Source: Dehalococcoidia bacterium
GTDB lineage: Bacteria > Chloroflexota > Dehalococcoidia > DSTF01 > RBG-16-68-14
Assembly (NCBI GenBank): GCA_040882355.1
Contig: JBBEBM010000078.1
Span: forward strand, 1 to 55,624
Direction: 5' to 3'
Length of the DNA: 55,624 nt
The position numbers and the translations under genes are program-made. The notes under the pieces are model-generated. The model saw only the letters and a program-made list of their open reading frames with translations, was not told where the DNA came from and ran no database searches. Within the stretch, counting starts at the first letter, position 1, and each line of letters opens with the position of its first letter. Shown piece by piece: positions 1-8,062 of this stretch.

Positions 1-867
1 GCGACGCTGCAGTCGCTCGACCGGCCGCTGGTTCGCGCCTACCTCTCGACCCTGATCGATGACGGTGTGGCACGCGCGAGCATCAGCCGCAAGGTGAGCA
101 CGATCCGGTCGTTCTACAAGTACCTGCGAGCCGAGAAGCACATCGAGAGCGACCCGCTGCTCGGCGTGCGCGGCCCGAAGCGCGAGCGGCGTCTGCCCAA
201 CTTCCTCAGTCAGGAGCAGATCGACACGCTGATCGCCGCCGCTGACAGGGACACGCCGGGTGGCCTGCGCGACCGAGCGATTTTGGAGCTGCTGTACGCC
301 TCGGGGCTGCGCGTGAGCGAAGCCGCCGGGCTGGACGTGAATAGCGTCGACCTGGACGATCGCACGGCCCTCGTGCGAGGTAAGGGCTCGAAGGAGCGCG
401 TCGTCGTCATGGGCGACCCCGCCGCCCGCGCCGTCGACCGCTACCTCTCGGACGGCCGCCCGCAACTCGCGAGCCAACGGGGAGGCGATAAACCAACGCT
501 TCATTCGGTGCGGCGAGATTCTTCGCTGGCGCTCAGAATGACAGAAGCGGCCCTCTTCCTCAACCGCGACGGCGGGCGCTTCTCGCAGCGCGCGGTGCAG
601 CTCATGGTGCGCAAGCACGCGCTGGCGGCGGGCCTCGACCGGTCAGTGCACCCCCACCTCCTGCGCCACACCTTCGCGACGCACCTGCTGGAGGGCGGGG
701 CGGAGCTGCGGGTGGTGCAGACGCTGCTGGGCCACGCCAGCGTCAACACGACGCAGATCTACACCCACGTCACCGAATCGACGAAGCGGAAGGCGATCGA
801 GGACGCGCTGGACGGCCTTGCGCGCATGGAGGAGGAGCGAAAGGCGAGCCGGGCGCGGCGCGCCTAA
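1..867 (+). CDS. xerC: Tyrosine recombinase XerC/XerD family (5'-partial)
   Basis: Frame is open from base 1. Motifs RDRAILELLYASGLRVSE, GKGSKER, HPHLLRHTFATHLL, LLGH and TTQIY give the full catalytic set. Extra ~20 aa before ALFLN. Confidence 0.9.
   Translation, partial: ATLQSLDRPLVRAYLSTLIDDGVARASISRKVSTIRSFYKYLRAEKHIESDPLLGVRGPKRERRLPNFLSQEQIDTLIAAADRDTPGGLRDRAILELLYASGLRVSEAAGLDVNSVDLDDRTALVRGKGSKERVVVMGDPAARAVDRYLSDGRPQLASQRGGDKPTLHSVRRDSSLALRMTEAALFLNRDGGRFSQRAVQLMVRKHALAAGLDRSVHPHLLRHTFATHLLEGGAELRVVQTLLGHASVNTTQIYTHVTESTKRKAIEDALDGLARMEEERKASRARRA
516..547 (+). repeat. Short palindromic repeat inside the xerC coding frame
   Basis: AGATTCTTCGCTGGCGCTCAGAATGACAGAAG matches intergenic 44181-44211 except for one extra G. 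Confidence 0.85.
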
Positions 868-878
868 GAAGGGGACTC

Positions 879-1262
879 TCACTTGGGTCGCTTCAACCGC
901 AGCCACTGTAGCAACCTGGAGATTGCCTCGCTCATTGGTACGCCCTCCTCGTAACGGAACGCCTCTTGGCTGGCCGAGATGACAGCTTCCAGGGGCGCGT
1001 CGGTTGCCCACCTCTGACCCGGAGCGCGCAGGGCACCGATGAGCAAGCGCCGCAGGCGCTGCGGGTCTGCGGTTGGCTCCGCCGCGCCCAACTCGATGGC
1101 GCGATCGCCCTCAAGCACCTTGAAGAGATGGCCGTCGCTGTCGTAGATACCAATGTCGATGTAGCCCAGGTCGTCCGGCTCTAAGCTGCTCTGGAGTTGG
1201 TCTAGCGACTCGTAGCAGACTACGTCATTCTCGTCATAGAACAGGAAGATTGGGTAACGCAT
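879..1262 (-). CDS. Hypothetical protein (127 aa)
   Basis: Acidic, globular-looking ORF with lower GC than its neighbours, convergent with xerC. Confidence 0.7.
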   Translation of the reverse strand: MRYPIFLFYDENDVVCYESLDQLQSSLEPDDLGYIDIGIYDSDGHLFKVLEGDRAIELGAAEPTADPQRLRRLLIGALRAPGQRWATDAPLEAVISASQEAFRYEEGVPMSEAISRLLQWLRLKRPK

Positions 1263-1303
1263 TGCTTAGAACCGCGAGTGTCTAGGTAGGAATTGAACAC
1301 CGG

Positions 1304-1348
1304 CGGCGAGCGTTCGCTCGCCCTGGGCGGCCCGATGGCCGCCCCTAC
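1304..1348 (-). repeat. GTAG-type REP-like double hairpin
   Basis: Minus strand GTAGGGGCGGCCATCGGGCCGCCCAGGGCGAGCGAACGCTCGCCG; homologous copy at 25701-25745. Confidence 0.75.
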
Positions 1349-1373
1349 GCGATGGCCGCCGCAGAACCTGCGT

Positions 1374-2168
1374 CTACACCTGCCCCATCATCTCCTGGAC
1401 GCGCTGGAGGACGAGCGGGTAGCGCTTGGTGAGCTCGGCGCCGTCGACGAAGAGGGTGTCGCCGTTCACCCACGATGCGTCATCGGAGACAAGGAAGAGC
1501 GCGGCCGAGGCGATGTCGTCCGGCGTGCCGGCGCGCCCCGCCGGGATGTTCTCCAGGTACTCCCTCAGGATCTCGGGCGTGCTGGTGAGGAACGTGGTCA
1601 TCGGCGTGTCGACCAGCCCCGGCCCGATGCCCGTGACGCGGATGCCGTGCGGCGCCAGCTCCATCGCGGCGACGCGCGTGAACATCTCGACGCCTGCCTT
1701 CGCGGCGCAGTACGCCGACATCCCTTCGGCGGGCTGGCGCGCGTTGATCGAGGCGATGTTGACGATGGCGCCGCCCTGACCCTGCTTGATCATCGCGCGC
1801 GCTTCGTGCTTCGTCGAGACGAAGACGCCGCGCAGGTCCAGGTTGAGCACGGCGTCCCACTGCTCGACCATCTGATCGACGATCGGCGCGAGCCCGCCGA
1901 TGCCGGCCGCGTTGACCGCGATGTCGAGCCGGCCGAAGCGCTCGACGGCGCGCGCGACCATCGCTTCGGCGCCGGCCTCGTCGTAAAGGTCGGCGGCGAT
2001 CCATGCGGAGGCGGTGCCCAGGCCCGACGCGCGGCCCTCGGCGGCCTCACCGTTGACGTCAGCGATGAGGACGTTCGCGCCCTCCTTGATGAAGCGGCGG
2101 GCGGTGGCGAAGCCGATGCCTGACGCGCCGCCGGTGACCAGCGCGACTTTCCCGTCCAGGTTGCCCAT
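1374..2168 (-). CDS. SDR family NAD(P)-dependent oxidoreductase
   Basis: TGGASGIG, NAAG, S...YCAAK motifs. Confidence 0.95.
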   Translation of the reverse strand: MGNLDGKVALVTGGASGIGFATARRFIKEGANVLIADVNGEAAEGRASGLGTASAWIAADLYDEAGAEAMVARAVERFGRLDIAVNAAGIGGLAPIVDQMVEQWDAVLNLDLRGVFVSTKHEARAMIKQGQGGAIVNIASINARQPAEGMSAYCAAKAGVEMFTRVAAMELAPHGIRVTGIGPGLVDTPMTTFLTSTPEILREYLENIPAGRAGTPDDIASAALFLVSDDASWVNGDTLFVDGAELTKRYPLVLQRVQEMMGQV

Positions 2169-2436
2169 GGTAGCCGTCCTTTCCTACGGAGGGGTTGTCA
2201 CGCCGATTCTAGGGCAAGGTAAGCGCCTCCACAAGCCCATGCTTCGACGTGGTTTGAGCACAGGCTTCGGTGAGCCCGGGGGCGCGGCGCGGTGTCTAGG
2301 AGACTGCCGCGACAAGTGAACCGATCTGTTCGATGTGCTGGGCGACGTGGCTCTCCCAGCGGCGTGGAAGATCTGATCAGGGGCTCATGGCAGGACGAGA
2401 CTCGGAACTCCGGCGATGAGACTTGCTGCACCGCGA

Positions 2437-3288
2437 TCACGCAGTAGCATCCAATCCGTAGCGATCCAGCGCTGCCCGCACCTGGCTGAGCAACTCTGTG
2501 CCCATTCGGCGCCCGTTCGGGAATTGGTCGTCTCGATCCCAGCGCCAGGCCGCGATCATCGCAAGCATGAGGATCCGGCACTCGCCAAGCAGGTCTCGAT
2601 CAGCGTCCGGATAGTGGTCGCTCACCCCTTCGGGCACATGGGCGAGGTCGAATTCGACTGGCCCCCGGCAACACGTCTCGAGGTCTATGAACAGCGGACC
2701 GTTCTTCGTGCTGAGCAGGTTGCCCGGGTGCGGTTCGCCGTGCAGGAGCTGCTCGGCCGCGCCCCGCTGTGCGATCGCCCACCTCATCTTGCGCAACGTG
2801 TTGCTCAGAAGCTCCCTATCCGCGTCCCCGAGGTCCGGAGTGTGGGCGTGGCTTGCAACGAGTTGCTGAGCCTCGGCGACGCGGTCCGTGAAGTGCGGCG
2901 CGGTAAGGTCGATCCCCCGCATGCCAGCGTGCAGCAGCACGAGCGCCTGCGCATACTCGGCCGGCGTGACGTCTCGAGGCGATACAGGCTCGTAGTAGGT
3001 CCATAACGTGACGACGAAGCCGTCACGCACGTAGACGCGCGGCTCCACCCGAGGCTCAAGAGCAGCGACTGGGCTATCGGTTTCGGCCAGCCGTTGAGCA
3101 AGGTCTATTTCGAATTGCGCAACCTCATGTCCTACGTGTGCTACCCGAGCAAGGACGTCACAGGGCAGCACACGCAGCGCGAGTTTGTTCGAGTTGTGAA
3201 GAACGATCGCGTCGTCGACGGTCAGGTCGAGCGCTGCCGCGATCGACCTGACCGCAGCAACAGCACGCCGGACCTCTGACGCCTTCAT
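2437..3288 (-). CDS. Aminoglycoside/choline phosphotransferase (APH-like kinase) family protein
   Basis: LLHGEPHPGNLL and FIDLE kinase motifs. Start moved to MKASEV because the longer ORF overlaps tRNA-Glu. Confidence 0.85.
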   Translation of the reverse strand: MKASEVRRAVAAVRSIAAALDLTVDDAIVLHNSNKLALRVLPCDVLARVAHVGHEVAQFEIDLAQRLAETDSPVAALEPRVEPRVYVRDGFVVTLWTYYEPVSPRDVTPAEYAQALVLLHAGMRGIDLTAPHFTDRVAEAQQLVASHAHTPDLGDADRELLSNTLRKMRWAIAQRGAAEQLLHGEPHPGNLLSTKNGPLFIDLETCCRGPVEFDLAHVPEGVSDHYPDADRDLLGECRILMLAMIAAWRWDRDDQFPNGRRMGTELLSQVRAALDRYGLDATA

Positions 3289-3336
3289 CGTCGCCCCGTC
3301 CTTCTCCGTTGCCGTCCCGACTGTCCCAGTGATAGG

Positions 3337-3364
3337 GACAGGCCCCATCCAGGTGGGGCCTGTC
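3337..3364 (-). terminator. Hairpin downstream of tRNA-Glu
   Basis: GACAGGCCCCA-tccagg-TGGGGCCTGTC perfect stem; no clear U-tract. Confidence 0.55.
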
Positions 3365-3375
3365 GTCTGGCGGTT

Positions 3376-3452
3376 TGGTAGCGCATGCGGGATTCGAACC
3401 CGCGATCTCCGCCTTGAGAGGGCGGTGTCCTGGGCCACTAGACGAATGCGCC
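3376..3452 (-). tRNA. tRNA-Glu(CTC)
   Basis: Cloverleaf GGCGCAT...CCGCC-CTCTCAA-GGCGG...GGTTCGAATCC...ATGCGCTACCA. Confidence 0.97.
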
Positions 3453-3497
3453 CCGTTGGTACTCCTTCGCTCGGAAGGATTCGCCGCTACCCTGGGT

Positions 3498-3571
3498 TGG
3501 CTGGGGACGGAGGATTCGAACCCCCACATACGGATCCAGAATCCGCTGTCCTACCGTTAGACGAGTCCCCA
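3498..3571 (-). tRNA. tRNA-Gln(CTG)
   Basis: TGGGGAC...GCGGA-TTCTGGA-TCCGT...GGTTCGAATCC...GTCCCCAGCCA. Confidence 0.97.
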
Positions 3572-3613
3572 ATCGCCAATCAGGATAGCACGGGTGAGCG
3601 CAACCGGGCAACG

Positions 3614-4210
3614 CTACGCGCTGGCTGAGACGCACAGGCACGGGATAGCCGGGTTCGTCGGCTCTACCAGGATGTCGTCTTCAATGCTGACCGCGCTGAA
3701 GCCTGCCTGCTCGACAAGCGCGCGGAGCTCCGCCGATTCGTAGAAGGCGTACTGGGCGAAGGCCGAGCCGTCGAGGGGCGAGAAGCCGGTCACGCGCTCG
3801 CCCGTCCCTGCGAAGAAGACCGCGACGAGGGGCGCTCCCGGGCGAAGCATGCCGCGCACCTGCGCGAGCGTCGCGGCAAGCGCGGCCTTCTTGAGGTGGA
3901 TGAGCGCAAGGCAGGAGAACGCGCCGGCGAACGACTCCCGTCCGAAGGGCAGGTGTCGCATGTCGCAGCGCACAAGGTGGGCCTGCGGTGCTCGCCGCCG
4001 GGCCGCGGCCAGCATGCCCGGCGATCGGTCGATGCCGACTCCCTGCCGGAACAAGGCCAGCTCGTACCCCGGTCCGCAGCCGAGATCGAGCACCGGCCCG
4101 TCGACGCTCTCCGCGAGGGCGACCGCGCGGCGCCAGCACGGCGAGTTCGTCTTCGGCCCGTAGGCCTGTTCGTAGCGGTCCGCAAGGTGCGCCCAGGCGT
4201 CGCGCGTCAT
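3614..4210 (-). CDS. Class I SAM-dependent methyltransferase
   Basis: VLDLGCGPG motif I, GIDRS, CDMRHLPF. Start overlaps the gltX stop. Confidence 0.9.
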   Translation of the reverse strand: MTRDAWAHLADRYEQAYGPKTNSPCWRRAVALAESVDGPVLDLGCGPGYELALFRQGVGIDRSPGMLAAARRRAPQAHLVRCDMRHLPFGRESFAGAFSCLALIHLKKAALAATLAQVRGMLRPGAPLVAVFFAGTGERVTGFSPLDGSAFAQYAFYESAELRALVEQAGFSAVSIEDDILVEPTNPAIPCLCVSASA

Positions 4211-5691
4211 GCGGCGGCTGCCAGCTTCGCCAGCGCGTCGTCAAGCCGCCGCAGGCAGCGGTCGCGGCCCAGCAGCGCCATGCTCTCGAAGAGGGGCGGG
4301 GAGATGGGGCGGCCCGTAAGCGCGACGCGCAGCAGCATGAAGAGGTCGCCCGCCTTCAGCTCGAGCTCGTCGGCGAGCGAGCGCATCGCCTGCTCGATCG
4401 CCTCGTGCTCCCACGCCGGCAGCGCCTCGAGTCGCGCCTTCGCCTGGCCCAGCGCCTCCTGCGCGCCCGATGCGTTCCCGGCGAACTTCTTGCCGAGCAG
4501 CTCGTCGGCGGTGTAAGGCAGGTCGTCGCTGAAGAAGCCCTCGACCATGCCGGCCACCTCATCGAGGCGCTTGATGCGCTCGCGCACGAGCGGAACGAGC
4601 CGGCGCACCGTCTCGCCGTCGATGGGTCGAGGGACGGCCGGCGGCAGGTCGCGCTCCAGCCGCTCGCCGATGAGCTGCGCCAGGCGTTGCTCGGGCAGCT
4701 CGCGCAGGTAGACGCCGTTCATCCAGGTGAGCTTGTCGAGATCGAAGATCGCGGGGTTCTTCACCAGCCGTTCGAGCGAGAAGTGCTCCACAAACTGTTC
4801 GCGCGAGATCAGCACCGAGTGGTCGTCCAGCGACCAGCCGAGCAGCCCGAGGAAGTTGAACATCGCTTCCGGCAGGTAGCCCTGGTCGCGGTAGTCGAGC
4901 ACTGAGGTGGCGCCGTGGCGCTTGCTCAGCTTCGATCGGTCCGCGCCCAGGATGACGGACATGTGCGCGAAGCGAGGCGGCTCCCAGCCGAGCGCCTGGT
5001 AGATCAGCACCTGGCGCGGCGTGCTGGAGACCCACTCGTCGCTGCGCAAGACGTGGCTGATCTCCATCAGGTGGTCGTCGGTGACGTGCGCGAGGTGGGC
5101 CGTCGGAAAGCCGTCCGACTTCAGCATGACGAAGTCGTCGATCGTGGCGTTGTCGAACTCGATGCGATCGCGCACGATGTCGTCGAAGGCCGTCGCGCCC
5201 TCCATTGGCGTGCGAAAGCGCACCACGGGCGCGATGCCCTCGGCGCTGGCGGCGGCGGCCTTCGACGCGCGGTCGGCGTCCGAGAGGTCGCGGCAGAGGC
5301 GGTCGTAGCGAGGCGGCTGGCCGCGCTTCTGCTGATCGGCGCGCACGGCGTCGAGGCGCTCGGGCGAGCAGAAGCACTCGTATGCGTGGCCGCCCTCGAC
5401 AAGCTCGCGGGCGTAGCGCTGGTAGTGCTCCAGCCGCTGCGACTGAAAGTACGGCTCGTGCGGCCCGCCGACGTCCAACCCCTCGTCCCAATCGAGGTCC
5501 AGCCAGCGCAGGCTCTCCTTGATCGCGTCGATGCCGCGCGGGTCGTAGCGCTTCTGGTCGGTGTCCTCGATGCGCAGGATGAACGTGCCGCCGGTGTGGC
5601 GGGCGAAGAGCCAGTTGAACAGAGCCGTGCGCATGTTGCCGACGTGGGCGATCCCGGTCGGGCTCGGGGCGTATCGGACGCGGACGGTCAT
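4207..5691 (-). CDS. gltX: Glutamate--tRNA ligase
   Basis: RYAPSPTG, HVGN (HIGH-like), LRIEDTD, KLSKR (KMSKS-like). Confidence 0.97.
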   Translation of the reverse strand: MTVRVRYAPSPTGIAHVGNMRTALFNWLFARHTGGTFILRIEDTDQKRYDPRGIDAIKESLRWLDLDWDEGLDVGGPHEPYFQSQRLEHYQRYARELVEGGHAYECFCSPERLDAVRADQQKRGQPPRYDRLCRDLSDADRASKAAAASAEGIAPVVRFRTPMEGATAFDDIVRDRIEFDNATIDDFVMLKSDGFPTAHLAHVTDDHLMEISHVLRSDEWVSSTPRQVLIYQALGWEPPRFAHMSVILGADRSKLSKRHGATSVLDYRDQGYLPEAMFNFLGLLGWSLDDHSVLISREQFVEHFSLERLVKNPAIFDLDKLTWMNGVYLRELPEQRLAQLIGERLERDLPPAVPRPIDGETVRRLVPLVRERIKRLDEVAGMVEGFFSDDLPYTADELLGKKFAGNASGAQEALGQAKARLEALPAWEHEAIEQAMRSLADELELKAGDLFMLLRVALTGRPISPPLFESMALLGRDRCLRRLDDALAKLAAAA

Positions 5692-5743
5692 CGTGAGGGC
5701 ATTGTAGCAGGAGGTCAGAGGGCCTTAGCAGCGTGGCGAAAAT

Positions 5744-5831
5744 GGGCGTGCAGGGGTAGCGCCCCGTGCCGGGGGGTCTGGGGGGTGTCCCCCCAGATTC
5801 ACCCAAACACCGCTGGGCGGGCGGGTGGGAA
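5744..5831 (+). repeat. ~85-bp G-rich dispersed repeat, copy 1
   Basis: GTGCAGGGG...GCGCCCC...GCCGGGGG(G)TCTGGGGGTGTCCCCC...CTGGGCGGGCGGGTGGGAA is shared with 33141-33223. Confidence 0.8.
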
Positions 5832-5867
5832 CGATGACGTTGGTTCTTGGGCCTTTCCAGCAGCCTG

Positions 5868-6236
5868 CTACCGCATGATGCGGCTGGGGAAGCGGAAGGT
5901 GCCGAGCAGCGCCATGACGGCGGTGAGGGCGACGGAGAAGGCGGAGAAGACGCCCGTCAGCGCGATCGGCCGGTTCTGCGCGTAGTCGACCAGGCCCATG
6001 TTGACGAAGTCCGTGATCTCGTCGTTCAGGTCGTCGTAGAGGAGGGCGACCGCAATCGAGACGAAGATGGCGATGACGAGCACCGCGAACGTGACGGCAA
6101 GGCTGGCGGCGGCGAGCTCGACGCGGGCGGCCGTGGCCGTGCCGGGCTCGGTGAAGGCGAGGTTGAGGAAGTAGTTGAACAATCCGGGCACAATGATCAA
6201 GCCCGTGATGACCGACCAGGTGATGAAGAACTCCAC
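5868..6236 (-). CDS. Hypothetical membrane protein (~3 TM)
   Basis: GTG start after GGGAGG; hydrophobic segments. Confidence 0.75.
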   Translation of the reverse strand: MEFFITWSVITGLIIVPGLFNYFLNLAFTEPGTATAARVELAAASLAVTFAVLVIAIFVSIAVALLYDDLNDEITDFVNMGLVDYAQNRPIALTGVFSAFSVALTAVMALLGTFRFPSRIMR

Positions 6237-6300
6237 AGCCGACCTCCCTGCCGTACGCGGACGCCGCCGGACACAGTTGGGCGGAAGTGTACTGAAAGCC

Positions 6301-6320
6301 GGAACAAGGAACAAGGAACG
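6301..6320 (+). repeat. Heptamer tandem repeat (GGAACAA)
   Basis: GGAACAA GGAACAA GGAACG. Confidence 0.55.
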
Positions 6321-6411
6321 GGGCAGACGGCCGGGAACAAGTCGAAGGCTGCGGTCGTCTGGAGTGAGAGTCTTGCAGGGGACGCGAGCCGCTCGATAAG
6401 ATGCGATGGAC

Positions 6412-6487
6412 GCCCCCGTAGCTCAGTTGGATAGAGCACCGGCCTCCGGAGCCGGGTGCGTGGGTTCGAGTCCCGCCGGGGGTACCA
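6412..6487 (+). tRNA. tRNA-Arg(CCG)
   Basis: GCCCCCG...CCGGC-CTCCGGA-GCCGG...GGTTCGAGTCC...CGGGGGTACCA. Confidence 0.97.
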
Positions 6488-6626
6488 CTCCGAGCCATGC
6501 ACAGCGCCCCGTGCCTGCGGCCGGCTTCGCCTGAGGCCGGTAACGCGCGCCGAGGGCCGGGCGTTGGAAGACGTGAAGCCGGCTCTTTCGCAGCCGGGCA
6601 GCCGTTTGTTATAGTCGAGTAAGGCG

Positions 6627-7409
6627 ATGTCACAGCAGCAAGCGAAGAAGCGTCGCAGGCGTTACGAACCGGGAAGCGCCTATGCGGGCCACGTGCGCCC
6701 GAAAGGCATCTTTAGCATCTTCGGCAACGTCAAGCTCTTCTATATCGTCGGGGCGGCGATCATGCTCGGGAGCCTTGGCATCGGCGGCTTCATCTACAGC
6801 ACCAACCAGAACACCACGAACAGCGACGCCGAAGGCTCGAGCGCTCGCAACCCGGGTGGCTTCATCGACCAGTCGAAGGACGGCACGCCCAACCCCGACG
6901 ACGACGCCACGCCCGAGACCAGCCCGACGACGGAGGTGCGGCGGTACGAGGCCGCTCCGGCGATGACCATCGACGCGACGAAGACCTACGTCGCCACGAT
7001 CAAGACGGACGCCGGCGACATTCAGGTGGAGCTGCTCGCCTCGCAGGTGCCGCAGACGGTGAACAACTTCGTCTTCCTGGCGAACGACGGCTTCTACGAT
7101 GGGCTGATCTTCCACCAGGTGCAGTCGGACTTCGACGCCCAGGCTGGCGATCCGACCTGCACCTCGGACGACCCGGAAGGGTGTCGCGGCAACGGCGGCC
7201 CCGGCTACGACTTAACCCAGGAGAAGCCCGGCGCCTTCGTGGTCGGCGCGGTCGGGATGGCGAACGGCAGCCAGTTCTTCATCGTGCTGGGCGAAGCGGA
7301 CAGCTTTAGCGAGTTCACGCCGTTCGGGCGGGTGACGTCCGGCATCGAGGTCGCGCAGCAGCTCGTGCGCGGCTCGACTATCGAGAGCATCGAGATCGCA
7401 GAACAGTAG
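6627..7409 (+). CDS. Membrane-anchored cyclophilin-type peptidyl-prolyl isomerase-like protein
   Basis: N-terminal TM. PQTVNNFVFLANDGFYDGLIFH, QAGDP, GGPGY, GSQFFI motifs; catalytic Arg position is Gln. Confidence 0.85.
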   Translation: MSQQQAKKRRRRYEPGSAYAGHVRPKGIFSIFGNVKLFYIVGAAIMLGSLGIGGFIYSTNQNTTNSDAEGSSARNPGGFIDQSKDGTPNPDDDATPETSPTTEVRRYEAAPAMTIDATKTYVATIKTDAGDIQVELLASQVPQTVNNFVFLANDGFYDGLIFHQVQSDFDAQAGDPTCTSDDPEGCRGNGGPGYDLTQEKPGAFVVGAVGMANGSQFFIVLGEADSFSEFTPFGRVTSGIEVAQQLVRGSTIESIEIAEQ

Positions 7410-7421
7410 TCGTTCACCACA

Positions 7422-7486
7422 CCGCCGACTGAAGTCGGCGGCATGCGCTCCCTCGACGCACGTAGGCGAGGCTTTCCAGCCTCGCC
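7422..7486. repeat. Two REP-like hairpins
   Basis: CCGCCGAC-TGAA-GTCGGCGG and GTAGGCGAGGCT-TTCC-AGCCTCGCC; the latter recurs at 44001 and 44063. Confidence 0.7.
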
Positions 7487-7529
7487 GTTCTACGGGCGGG
7501 CAGGGCGATGTTCCGGGGTCTTGAACCGC

Positions 7530-7654
7530 GTCTGAGGGTTCGAAACCCTCAGCTTTCAGCGGGCAGCGCTCGTACGCATTGTAAGTGCGCCCCGTCTCCT
7601 AGAGTCTTCGGGATTCTCGCCACGGCGAGTCGCCGCAGGGGACATCCCGCAGAC
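7530..7654 (-). repeat. ~125-bp REPIN/MITE-like element, copy 1
   Basis: Reverse complement aligns with 18064-18194; termini GTCTGCGGG...CCCTCAGAC. Confidence 0.8.
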
Positions 7655-7701
7655 TGGGACCCCTTCTCCGAAGGCCAGCGTCCTCTCCCGAGGGCCGGGC
7701 T

Positions 7702-7941
7702 CTAGCCTGGCAGGTCTGCGGGCGGCGTCTCCGGCGGCTCGGCCAGCCGCTCGACGAAGCGCATCGCGAAGAACCACGGCACCGCGACGGCCAGCGCGAT
7801 CAGCCCCGGCAGCCACCAGCCGCCGACGAGCAGGAAGATGCCGAGCGCCGCCGCCGCCGACATCGCGATGACGGCGATGATGCGCGCGATGGCCACGTAG
7901 GCCGGCACGTCGCGTCGATGGTCTTCGGTGGGTGCTGTCAT
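7702..7941 (-). CDS. Small hypothetical membrane protein (2 TM)
   Basis: 79-aa ORF with a hydrophobic hairpin, directly after tRNA-Pro. Confidence 0.75.
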   Translation of the reverse strand: MTAPTEDHRRDVPAYVAIARIIAVIAMSAAAALGIFLLVGGWWLPGLIALAVAVPWFFAMRFVERLAEPPETPPADLPG

Positions 7942-7950
7942 ATCGCTAGC

Positions 7951-8028
7951 TGGTCGGGGTGGGCAGATTCGAACTGCCGGCCTCTTGGTCCCAAACCAAG
8001 CGCTCTAACCTGGCTGAGCTACACCCCG
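7951..8028 (-). tRNA. tRNA-Pro(TGG)
   Basis: CGGGGTG...CTTGG-TTTGGGA-CCAAG...AGTTCGAATCT...CACCCCGACCA. Confidence 0.97.
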
Positions 8029-8062
8029 GCGATCTCACCGTAGCGGGCGCCGCGACGCCCGA

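Noticed and set aside
1..867. Tyrosine recombinase as a prophage, ICE or integron integrase
   Set aside because: The sequence is XerC/D-like. The extra segment is repeat-derived and lies before ALFLN, not at the IntI-specific position. No phage genes or att duplication are visible.
2437..3452. APH-like gene as an island integrated at tRNA-Glu, or as a resistance gene
   Set aside because: No duplicated tRNA 3' end or integrase is present, and the family is a broad kinase group with no specific evidence for resistance.
3988..5985. Long antisense and alternate-frame ORFs over gltX (likewise over carB, pyrC, der and others)
   Set aside because: These are typical high-GC shadow ORFs, Arg/Ala/Pro-rich with no motifs; the opposite frame holds the conserved gene.
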